This document shows positions 10,702 to 19,278 of a stretch of 33,653 bases of DNA, piece by piece. Where the stretch lies: positions 1-33,653 of the forward strand of contig CAYSJK010000001.1 in the NCBI GenBank assembly GCA_964431375.1, read 5' to 3'. The notes beneath the pieces were generated by a model, which saw nothing but the letters and a program-made list of their open reading frames with translations, ran no database searches and was not told the origin of the DNA. The stretch is from an uncultured Pirellulales bacterium. Lineage in GTDB: Bacteria > Planctomycetota > Phycisphaerae > Sedimentisphaerales > Anaerobacaceae. The translations under genes were made by a program, and so were the position numbers. Every line of letters starts with the position of its first letter. Positions within the stretch are counted from its first letter, which is position 1.

Positions 10702-10726
10702 CAAAAACCGTGGAGTTCCACAGTTT
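10702..10726 (-). terminator. Small terminator-like hairpin between the export gene and the exosortase (possible attenuator)
   Basis: Minus strand reads AAAA-CUGUGG-AACU-CCACGG-UUUUU: a 6-bp stem with one G-U pair and a U5 tail. Confidence 0.3.
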
Positions 10727-10801
10727 TACGTTTTCCGCTTTTACCTCTCTTAGAATCAGCGCAGAAGAAATAATCTTCTGGCCATAAGATGACCATAAGA
10801 A

Positions 10802-12802
10802 TTACTGCTTGATTCCCATAAATGTCGTACCATAGTTATAGTCTGCATATGCAAAGTTACGGTCATAAATAAAGCCAAATCCATAGGTAGCCCTAAACGC
10901 ATTTCGCAAAACAGCTCGCCACACCGACGTTGGGTGCGTTCCGACATTGATTAAATCATTGGGCTTGATAAAGAAGTCCGGCTGCTCACCACTGGCAATT
11001 TTATCCAGATCGACCATAACAATTTCTTCTTTATCTTCACCTATCCTCCTGACGACCTCACAGCGCTTTGGCCAAGCCAACGCGTCCAAGCCACCTGCTG
11101 CAGCTATAGCCATTTTCAACGTCATTGGTCGGCCTGTAATATTAATATATCCCTGCCGGTTGACATTACCCATTATACAAAATTCTCCGATGATGTCAAC
11201 AGGAACATGAATGCTGTCACCAGGTTTTATTAAGATATTATATCGTGGGTCTCCAGCGAGGAGCTTATCAGCCGGAATCTTTATAACTCGTGTCGGAGAT
11301 TGCTCAGCCCATTCGAAACCCGGTACCACCAATTCCCCGGGCACCTCAATTGCTCCTCTCGGTTCAATTTCAACTACCCGACGCGGTTCAGGCTGGACAG
11401 GCGGACCAACTTGAATTGGAATCCATTTGCCGTCTTGAAATATCCACTCAATACGCCCCTCTTCTCCTTGCTCCTCTATCCCTTCTGGAACAATTGGCTC
11501 GAAGCTTGGTTCCAGCATGTCCACCTTAACATCTATTGGTTCCTCGATTATCCCCGGCATCTCCGGAGCGGCTGGTTCACCAAATGACCTAAGTGCCTCT
11601 TCTATATCTATCGGTTCCTCGAAGGTCTCCGGAGTAATCGGCTCAGCATATGATTCCGGTGTTTCATCTACATCTATTTGCTCATCAATCCTTTCCTGGC
11701 GAGCCCGACTGGATAATGTTTTCAATATGTCCTGAATACTTACTGGCTTGTCTGTTCTCTCCGAATCAGTAAGCCCTAAGGACGGCTCTGTACTTTCCGT
11801 TTCTTTCCATTGGCTCTCGCGACTGCGTGATGGCTCAACAACATCTGGCCAAGCCATATCAGTGCGCTCCCTCTCCGTTGCCAGCTCTGCAGAAGCTATA
11901 ACTACTTTACTTTCGGGCCATTCATGTTGGGCTAATGGTGTTATAACTTCCAGCAACTCTCTTTCCGGCTCAATCAGGTCCTCCATCCTTGGCTCAATAA
12001 ATTCTGGCTCACTTAGCCGTGGCAAACGTATCTCTTCTATGCCGGTAATCTCCGGCTCAGTAAGCCTTGGCAGAGTAAACGTTGGTTCAGTCAGGTCTGG
12101 CGCAGTAAACCCTGGCTCGATAACTTCAAACTTCATCGGCTCGTCCATTAAGCTCGTCCCTCTGGCATGACGTGAAACATAAATATAGCTTACGTTAAAT
12201 TGCCGGGGACCACGTGCTGTCGCAAGTGCATCGGTCAACCTGAAATCATATCGCGGAATGACATACCGACCAGGAATTTCCACACCGTCACCCAATATTG
12301 AAAAGGTTCGCTGTTGAGAGCCTATCAAAGCTACGGTCACTGATGGATTTCTCAATATGCTCGGTGAAAGGATTTGTCTTATCTCCTCTTCAAGTTGAAT
12401 CTCTGTGGCTCCTGCTGCCTGAATTACACCTACATCCGCTATGGATATCTTTCCGGTTTCGGTAACGACATACTCGTTTATAACTGCGAATCCTTCTTGA
12501 TAAAGCTCAAAAATTGATATCCTTATAACGTCACCGGGATTAAATACGTAATCAGTTTCAACTAACCTGGTATCTTCCGGTCTCGGCTCTTTCGCTCCTT
12601 CCCAGCCTGTCTGTTCTTCCTCTGCAACACCCAACGTATCCAGTATCACATTAACCGCAGGTGTAGGACGAAACCTGCCGATTTGCGTTGGGTCAAAGAA
12701 CTTGTTGCTACAACCGGATGAAATAGCCAGAAGTAAAAGGAAGAATGTACTAAATATGATAAAAAATGCTTTGCCTTTTTTTGAAGTATGTATCCTTTTC
12801 AT
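10802..12802 (-). CDS. Polysaccharide export lipoprotein (Wza/EpsD-like: Poly_export + SLBB) with a large acidic insertion
   Basis: The ORF runs 10802-12826. The start at 12802 (MKRIHTSKKGK...) gives a classical lipoprotein signal ending in the lipobox ISSGC. The N-terminal NPGDVIRISIFE region is Poly_export-like. The C-terminal IKPGDSIHVP and FIKPNDLINV segments are SLBB-like. Confidence 0.8.
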   Translation of the reverse strand: MKRIHTSKKGKAFFIIFSTFFLLLLAISSGCSNKFFDPTQIGRFRPTPAVNVILDTLGVAEEEQTGWEGAKEPRPEDTRLVETDYVFNPGDVIRISIFELYQEGFAVINEYVVTETGKISIADVGVIQAAGATEIQLEEEIRQILSPSILRNPSVTVALIGSQQRTFSILGDGVEIPGRYVIPRYDFRLTDALATARGPRQFNVSYIYVSRHARGTSLMDEPMKFEVIEPGFTAPDLTEPTFTLPRLTEPEITGIEEIRLPRLSEPEFIEPRMEDLIEPERELLEVITPLAQHEWPESKVVIASAELATERERTDMAWPDVVEPSRSRESQWKETESTEPSLGLTDSERTDKPVSIQDILKTLSSRARQERIDEQIDVDETPESYAEPITPETFEEPIDIEEALRSFGEPAAPEMPGIIEEPIDVKVDMLEPSFEPIVPEGIEEQGEEGRIEWIFQDGKWIPIQVGPPVQPEPRRVVEIEPRGAIEVPGELVVPGFEWAEQSPTRVIKIPADKLLAGDPRYNILIKPGDSIHVPVDIIGEFCIMGNVNRQGYINITGRPMTLKMAIAAAGGLDALAWPKRCEVVRRIGEDKEEIVMVDLDKIASGEQPDFFIKPNDLINVGTHPTSVWRAVLRNAFRATYGFGFIYDRNFAYADYNYGTTFMGIKQ

Positions 12803-12839
12803 GGCATTCAAATCCCAAAAAATCATCGAGCATTCAGAG

Positions 12840-12858
12840 TAGCTCTAAATAGCTCTAA
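12840..12858. promoter_or_regulatory. Direct repeat TAGCTCTAA-a-TAGCTCTAA (10-nt period) just upstream of the export gene
   Basis: Exact 9-mers at 12840-12848 and 12850-12858, 14-38 nt upstream of the two candidate start codons. The one-helical-turn spacing suggests a protein-binding site. Confidence 0.3.
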
Positions 12859-13287
12859 TCTGTCAAAATCACGTGTTCACTCGATGAAATTTATCGGTTC
12901 AATATCCTTGCTGCTTAACTTTTTTTAACTGCGATAAAAGCAATATTACAAAGAAATTAAATTCCCCTTTTAATACACCACACAAACAGGTAGTTCCATA
13001 TAGGACGTAGAAAATCAAACAAGTAATTTAAGGTGAAATTTTTAGATTAAACTCGCCGCAACTATTGATTTAAAAAGTAGTTATGCAAACACCCAGCTTT
13101 TACAATATATTTGTTGGGCCGCCTCTTATCACTTAACAAGGACCAATCAATTACTTTATGCTTTTTAGCTAAGGGATTTGCTCGCTTTTGCCGCTTACTT
13201 ATGCCCGATAATTACCCTGATACCAATACAGGCAAAAAACCGGTTTAGAAGAAAATTTGTATGAAAAACAAATAAAAATTCCTTAAT

Positions 13288-14334
13288 TTAAGACTTCTTC
13301 AGTGCCTTTTTTTTGCTCAGAATTGCGAATCCAAGAACTGCAAAAAGCACAACAGCCGCTATGTGTCCAACGATTGTGGTCCCCATTTGGTGCATATAGC
13401 TTTTAACGGATATGCCGAGCTCTGGAAACATTGTGTCAAGGAGTAATCCTGCTCCGAGAGCACATACCATCACCGTCAAAATATACACTATTGCCGTTCG
13501 CCTGCCTAAAACCTTCCAGATTGTTGTAAAGCCGGCGGCATTCGTAGCAGGCCCGGTTATAAGAAATACCAGTGCAGCGCCCGGAGTTAATCCTTTCAAA
13601 ATTAACGCCGCCGCTACTGGAACCGAAGCTGTTGCGCAAACATATATTGGTATGCCCAGAAACATCATCACCACCATTGCAAAAATACCGGTGCCCAACA
13701 GCTCCTCTGCAAGAAAGTCATCCGGTACAACTGCTGAAATAATCGCAGCTATCACCAGCCCAACAAACATAGCTTTACCTATATCACGAGGAAGCGTAAT
13801 GAAACCGAATTTTAATCCTCTAATAATTTTCCTCTTGGTGTCTGAATGCTCGCAACACTCATCCGTACATTTGGCCGATGGTCGGTTTTCATCTTTTGAG
13901 ACTTCACTAAATATATTAACGACGCTTCCACCAACAAAGCCGGTTACCAGAGCAACCACAGGCCTGAAAATCGCAAAGACAGGCCCGAGAAGACTTAAGG
14001 TCACGAAGATACTGTCGACGCCGGTTTGAGGTGTAGACAGCAAAAATGATATTGTTGAACCTTTGCTTGCTCCATGCTTATATAATGACATTGACACCGG
14101 AATAACACCACACGAACACAAGGGAAGCGGAATACCGAAAAGCGACGCCTTTAACAAAGGCCATACCCCCCCGCCGCCAAGATGCCTTTCTACAAACTTC
14201 TGTGAAACCAACACTGAGAGAATCCCGGCTACCAAAAAGCCGAATAAAAGATAAGGGGACATCTCGGCTACCGTATCCCAGAAATCAAACACAGCCTGCT
14301 TCAAATATTCAAATATGATATTGTTCGGCATCAT
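13288..14334 (-). CDS. ArsP_1/COG0701-type permease with vicinal Cys pair
   Basis: 348 aa and polytopic. Has the intramembrane motif GIPLPLCSCGVIP and a Cys-rich central loop, CTDECCEHSD. Confidence 0.75.
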   Translation of the reverse strand: MMPNNIIFEYLKQAVFDFWDTVAEMSPYLLFGFLVAGILSVLVSQKFVERHLGGGGVWPLLKASLFGIPLPLCSCGVIPVSMSLYKHGASKGSTISFLLSTPQTGVDSIFVTLSLLGPVFAIFRPVVALVTGFVGGSVVNIFSEVSKDENRPSAKCTDECCEHSDTKRKIIRGLKFGFITLPRDIGKAMFVGLVIAAIISAVVPDDFLAEELLGTGIFAMVVMMFLGIPIYVCATASVPVAAALILKGLTPGAALVFLITGPATNAAGFTTIWKVLGRRTAIVYILTVMVCALGAGLLLDTMFPELGISVKSYMHQMGTTIVGHIAAVVLFAVLGFAILSKKKALKKS

Positions 14335-14442
14335 TTTTGAACCTGCTTTACGTTCCAGACCTTCAAAATCGTTTCATAAATTATCCAGGCCGTTTTAACA
14401 ACGGTCTTCAATTGTTGATACGCCTGATGTGTTTGACAGGTT

Positions 14443-15300
14443 CTACTTGAAATTGATTTCAGCAAGATTCTGCTGAAAAGCTCCGCGTGCATCCGTTCTA
14501 AAGACTTCTATCTTGGCGGGAACCAAAACGCCACTTTTCTCAACCTCGGTATAGTCATAACCGCGAACTGCCAGGAATTTTTTCTTACCACCGTCGGCAA
14601 ACCAAATTGTATCCACCAAAAAACTTTTCCTGTTCTGATAGAAAATAACCTCAGACCAATACGAATTGGCTGGCTCGTGGCTATCGGCAGTATCGATGGA
14701 TTGGATAGTCCGATGAAACGGATAATACCACAATCCATTCATCTTGACCGGCATATTCACTTTTGTAAAGACAACCGAGTCATCTAAAAAACGCACCGGT
14801 GCTGTTGTTATCATAAGTATTGCTTCTGCAAAATCATGATAAAATCCTGCAATCGGTGAGGTGTCATTTCGCTTGTCTCCGGCCAGTATACTAAAGCGAC
14901 CTTTTGATAATTGCCAGACGAGTTTGCTTAGTGGCTCCCCGGCTGAAATTACAATAGAATCCAACCACGGGTAAATCTCGTAATGATGTTCCGTAAGATA
15001 GAAGCCGCCCCCATGTCTTCTTGTCGAAGACAAGAGTGGGGGCTCGTACAATCTTACTACACAATCGAATTCCAGCCTTTTCGCTTTGGCCCAGCTCTGC
15101 AGGCCTCCAGCCGCTTCGATGGTCTCAGATGCAAAATCCGGAATAACAAAATTAGGGTCCTTCAACCGCTCGTAAACCGCTACCGGCACCTTCTTCCTAT
15201 GTAGCGGCTCACAGCCAACAACAACAGCAGTCATAACAATCAACCAGATTATCCTTGAGACTCGATTGCTCATTTCAACTTTCATTGTATTCGGCTCCAC
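14443..15300 (-). CDS. Hypothetical lipoprotein (unknown family)
   Basis: 285-aa ORF starting 6 nt after the PFOR stop. Signal peptide with lipobox VVVGC. No catalytic motif recognised. Alternative starts are at 15285 and 15273. Confidence 0.55.
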   Translation of the reverse strand: MEPNTMKVEMSNRVSRIIWLIVMTAVVVGCEPLHRKKVPVAVYERLKDPNFVIPDFASETIEAAGGLQSWAKAKRLEFDCVVRLYEPPLLSSTRRHGGGFYLTEHHYEIYPWLDSIVISAGEPLSKLVWQLSKGRFSILAGDKRNDTSPIAGFYHDFAEAILMITTAPVRFLDDSVVFTKVNMPVKMNGLWYYPFHRTIQSIDTADSHEPANSYWSEVIFYQNRKSFLVDTIWFADGGKKKFLAVRGYDYTEVEKSGVLVPAKIEVFRTDARGAFQQNLAEINFK

Positions 15301-15306
15301 ACTTTC

Positions 15307-18300
15307 TTACCGCTCATCACCACACGTCAATTTTGAAAGTTGCTCCATTAAAGCATACCTCCCAGTCGCATCGGCCTTGGCAAGTTTGAGTAATGCAGCC
15401 GCCGCTTCCGGCTTTGATTGCTTTAGACTTCGATAACGATTTTCTCCGTAGGCATATTCTTCGAAATCAAATGTGGGTGGTTTCGAATCAAGCTGTAGCG
15501 GGTTTTTGCCCTGCTCTTTCAGTCGCGGGTCGAATCTGTACAAAGGCCAGTAGCCGCTGGCGACCGCTTGTTTCTGATGTTCGTAGCCGTTTACAAGGTT
15601 GTAACCATGCGCTATACAGTGGGCGTAAGCAATTATAATCGAAGGCCCGGGATATGCCTCTGCCTCGGCAAAGGCCTTGACAGTTTGATTTGTGTTTGCA
15701 CCCATCGCCACCTTGGCAACATAGATATTGCCGTACGTTATAGCCAGCAGCCCCAGGTCCTTTTTAGGCGCAGGTTTACCTGCTGCTGCAAACTTTGCCA
15801 CTGCTGCTCTCGGCGTGGCCTTCGACATCTGTCCGCCTGTATTGGAATACACTTCCGTATCTAAAACGAGCATATTGACATCTACTCCGCTGGCAAGCAC
15901 ATGGTCAAGCCCGCCATATCCGATATCGTAAGCCCATCCGTCACCACCGAGGGCCCAGACCGATTTTCGCACAAGATAATCTGCGATGTCCAGTAACTGC
16001 CTGCATTCCGGGCAGTTGCTTTTCCTGCACTGCTCCTTGAGTTTGCCAACCCTTACCCGCTGTTTTTCAATAGCGCTTTGCTGCGGCTCATTTGCCAACG
16101 TAGCAGTTCTGATTTCTTCTGCCAATTTAGTATCAACACAACCCTGCTCCGCTACCTTGGCCAACAGTTCAAGAGCACGCTCTTTAAATTTATTCACAGT
16201 CAGCCGCATACCCATCGCAAACTCGGCGCTATCCTCAAACAAGCTGTTACTCCAGGTCGGCCCCCTGCTATCTTCTCTTTTCGTATAAGGAGTCGTCGGT
16301 AAATTGCCGCCGTAAATAGACGAGCAGCCGGTCGCATTTCCAATATAGGCCCTGTCTCCGAACAGTTGTGTCAGCAGTTTTACATAAGGCGTTTCTCCGC
16401 AACCTGCACAAGCGCCGGAGTACTCGAATAACGGCTGAATTAACTGACTGCCCTTTACCGTATCGGGCCTGAAAAGTTTCGGGTCTGTATTTGGAATTGA
16501 AAGGAAATATTTATAATTCTCACGTTCCTTCTCTCGAAGCGGCTCCTGCAGTGCCATGTTGATTGCCTTTCGGCCTGTCGGCTTTTTGTTTTCGTCCTTC
16601 TCTTCTGCCGGGCATTTAGCAACGCAGGCCCCACAGCCGGTGCAGTCCTCCGGCGCCACCTGGACGGTAAATTTCATACCGGCATAATCCTTGCCTTTTG
16701 CATCTGCACTTTTGAACGTGTCCGGTGCATCTTTGAGATATTTTTCATCGTATGCTTTCATCCTTATAGCTGCGTGCGGGCAGACCAGAGAACAGGTGCC
16801 GCATTGAATACAAATATCCGGTTCCCAATGCGGTATATTCACAGCAATGTTGCGTTTTTCATATTGGGTTGTGCCGGTCGGAAACTTGCCATCGGCCGGT
16901 ATCTTGCTTACCGGCAGTTTATCACCACGAAACACAATTAGCTCTGCCGTTACATCCTTTACAAAATCAGGAGCATCCTCCGGGACCGGCGGACGCATCT
17001 TTATCTTGCTGGTAACCTTGTCGGGAACTTTAACTTCATAAATCTTTTCCAGTGCTCCGTCAACGGCGGCGTTATTCATTGTTACGATTTTCTCTCCCTT
17101 TTTACCGTAGGTTTTTTTAACAGCATCCTTGACGGCCTTAATTGCGGTATCCTGAGAGATAACATTGCTTATCTTGAAGAAAGCGGTCTGCATAATCACG
17201 TTAATTCTTGGTCCCAGACCGATTTCCTGTGCAAGCGAGATTGCATCAATGATGTAGAACTTCAGCTTCTTTTCAATCATTTGTTTTTGTACTTCCTGCG
17301 GCAAAGTGTCCCAAATCTTATCCGGCCCATGACTGCTGGTTAGTAAAAACGTTCCGCCAGGACGCACCATCGAAAGCATATCATACTTTTCAAGAAAGCT
17401 GGGATTATGACAGGCAACGAAATCGGCCTTGCCTACCAGATACGGCCTGCGAATAAGCTCCGGGCCGAATCGCAGGTGCGATATAGTCATTGCACCGGCT
17501 TTTCTCGAATCATAGACAAAGTAGCCCTGGGCAAAATTATCCGTCTCTTCACCTATAATTTTTATGGAGTTTTTATTTGCACCTACGGTCCCGTCAGCAC
17601 CGAGGCCGTAGAACATACCGGAGAAAAACCTGCCGCCCTCGATATCGAAGGATTCATCGACCTCCAGACTGGTGTTCGTCACGTCATCAATGATACCTAC
17701 GGTAAAACCGTTCTTTGGTCTTGCTGCGTTTAGATTATCAAAAACAGCTTTTACCATAGCAGGCGTGAAATCTTTTGAGCCGAGACCATACCGCCCTCCG
17801 ACTATTACGGGATATTTTTCGAAAGGACTTTCACCCAGTTCCATTGCTTCGCCGACTGCGGTGCGAACATCCAGGTATAACGGCTCGCCGAGAGAACCCG
17901 GTTCTTTCGTCCTGTCCAGAACTGCAATTTTCTTTACACTTTTCGGCAGAGCGGCAATAAAATACTCTCTACTGAAAGGCCTGTAAAGACGCACTTTTAC
18001 TACGCCGACCTTTTCACCTTTAGACGCCAGATATTCTACTGTCTCGTGAGTGGTGTCCGCCGCAGAGCCCATCATAACGATGACCTTCTCCGCATCGTCG
18101 GCACCGACATAATCAAACAGATGATAACTGCGCCCCACGAGCTTTGCGAATTTGTCCATCGTTTCCTGAACAATCCGTGGCGTTGCTAAATAGTATTTAT
18201 TTACCGTCTCTCTCCCCTGGAAATAAACGTCAGGATTCTGTGCGGTACCGCTTATCATAGGCCTGTCCGGTGTCAGTGCCCGGGCTTTATGCCGGGCCAC

Positions 18301-18897
18301 ATGCTCATCATCAATCATCGCACGCATATCATCGAACGTCAGCTCCTCGACTTTCTGGACCTCATGACTCGTTCTGAAACCGTCGAAGAAATGTAAAAAC
18401 GGCACTTGCGAAGCCAGCGTAGCCTGCTGTGCGATTAGCGCAAAATCCATAACCTCCTGAATATTACAGGAGCAAAGCATTCCAAAGCCGGTCTCCCGAC
18501 AGGTCATCACATCGGAATGGTCTCCGAATATCGACAGTGCCTGACACGCCAGCGAACGCGCCGATATATGAAAAACGGTCGGCAGCAGCTCCCCTGCAAT
18601 CTTGTACATATTGGGAATCATCAGCAAAAGTCCCTGCGAAGCCGTAAAAGTAGTCGTCAAAGCGCCGGTCGCCAATGCTCCGTGCACAGCCGCCGCTGCA
18701 CCGGCTTCCGACTGCATCTCTGTTACCGAAGGCAGCGTCCCCCAGATATTTGGCTCACCCTTGGCCGTCCTTTCGTCTGCAATCTCTCCCATAGATGAGC
18801 TGGGAGTAATCGGATATATGGCGATAACTTCATTCGTAGCATGGGCCACATACGCAGCAGCAGTATTACCATCGATTGTAACCATTTTGCGTCTCAT
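15307..18897 (-). CDS. nifJ: Pyruvate:ferredoxin (flavodoxin) oxidoreductase, single-chain type
   Basis: 1196 aa. N-terminus MVTIDGNTAAAYVAH, two ferredoxin-type clusters (CIQCGTCSLVCPHAA and CTGCGACVAKCP), and a TPP-binding region GGDGWAYDIGYGGLDH. GGAAGG lies ~10 nt upstream of the ATG at 18897. Confidence 0.95.
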   Translation of the reverse strand: MRRKMVTIDGNTAAAYVAHATNEVIAIYPITPSSSMGEIADERTAKGEPNIWGTLPSVTEMQSEAGAAAAVHGALATGALTTTFTASQGLLLMIPNMYKIAGELLPTVFHISARSLACQALSIFGDHSDVMTCRETGFGMLCSCNIQEVMDFALIAQQATLASQVPFLHFFDGFRTSHEVQKVEELTFDDMRAMIDDEHVARHKARALTPDRPMISGTAQNPDVYFQGRETVNKYYLATPRIVQETMDKFAKLVGRSYHLFDYVGADDAEKVIVMMGSAADTTHETVEYLASKGEKVGVVKVRLYRPFSREYFIAALPKSVKKIAVLDRTKEPGSLGEPLYLDVRTAVGEAMELGESPFEKYPVIVGGRYGLGSKDFTPAMVKAVFDNLNAARPKNGFTVGIIDDVTNTSLEVDESFDIEGGRFFSGMFYGLGADGTVGANKNSIKIIGEETDNFAQGYFVYDSRKAGAMTISHLRFGPELIRRPYLVGKADFVACHNPSFLEKYDMLSMVRPGGTFLLTSSHGPDKIWDTLPQEVQKQMIEKKLKFYIIDAISLAQEIGLGPRINVIMQTAFFKISNVISQDTAIKAVKDAVKKTYGKKGEKIVTMNNAAVDGALEKIYEVKVPDKVTSKIKMRPPVPEDAPDFVKDVTAELIVFRGDKLPVSKIPADGKFPTGTTQYEKRNIAVNIPHWEPDICIQCGTCSLVCPHAAIRMKAYDEKYLKDAPDTFKSADAKGKDYAGMKFTVQVAPEDCTGCGACVAKCPAEEKDENKKPTGRKAINMALQEPLREKERENYKYFLSIPNTDPKLFRPDTVKGSQLIQPLFEYSGACAGCGETPYVKLLTQLFGDRAYIGNATGCSSIYGGNLPTTPYTKREDSRGPTWSNSLFEDSAEFAMGMRLTVNKFKERALELLAKVAEQGCVDTKLAEEIRTATLANEPQQSAIEKQRVRVGKLKEQCRKSNCPECRQLLDIADYLVRKSVWALGGDGWAYDIGYGGLDHVLASGVDVNMLVLDTEVYSNTGGQMSKATPRAAVAKFAAAGKPAPKKDLGLLAITYGNIYVAKVAMGANTNQTVKAFAEAEAYPGPSIIIAYAHCIAHGYNLVNGYEHQKQAVASGYWPLYRFDPRLKEQGKNPLQLDSKPPTFDFEEYAYGENRYRSLKQSKPEAAAALLKLAKADATGRYALMEQLSKLTCGDER

Positions 18898-19119
18898 AAC
18901 TTAACAACCTTCCATTATTTAAATAAAATCAAATGTTTTTACAGACACCATCAAACTATTGTTGCTTCAGGGAGCTTAACACAATGCCCCCCACATTGCA
19001 AAAAAACCCTTATACCCCTTTTTGACGGATTAAGCAACATAAAATTTAGTCAGAATCGAGCACAAAAGAACTGTTGTAGGTACTTCTGTCCTTGACATAT
19101 CAAGACCAAGGTTCTAAAC

Positions 19120-19134
19120 ACTATATACGATATT
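19120..19134 (+). promoter_or_regulatory. 15-nt motif ACTATATACGATATT, 4 nt before an ATG (second copy at 29570-29584)
   Basis: The identical 15-mer occurs 3 nt before the aroA ATG. The flanks are also similar (TTCT...A.ACTAT and ATATT.T.AT). Function unknown; a promoter or leaderless start is possible. Confidence 0.35.
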
Positions 19135-19278
19135 TTATATGACGATTGATTGGCTCCAATGGTGGAAAAAATTACAGAAATTCGTTGCTTCTTCCGAAAT
19201 TAGGGTTATACTTTTAATGCGGAAACAGTGTTTTTGCAGGAATTTCCGGTCTCGAATAATCTTATAGGACGCCAAAAA

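Noticed and set aside
13412-14029. Long antisense ORFs inside confident genes (e.g. 13412-14029, 25159-25704, 2113-2664, 11748-12170, 19534-19944, 29749-30129)
   Set aside because: Each lies fully within a gene that has strong family motifs on the other strand. Their translations are low-complexity (Ser/Pro/Arg-rich), as expected for frame shadows.
19228-19278. Upstream-extended starts on the ORF track (19228 GTG, 26344, 8706, 26193 TTG, 31174 TTG, 12826, 24588)
   Set aside because: In each case a downstream ATG gives a proper signal peptide or family-typical N-terminus and/or a better RBS. I used 19279, 26431, 8664, 26175, 31219, 12802 and 24567 instead. The exact starts remain unverified.
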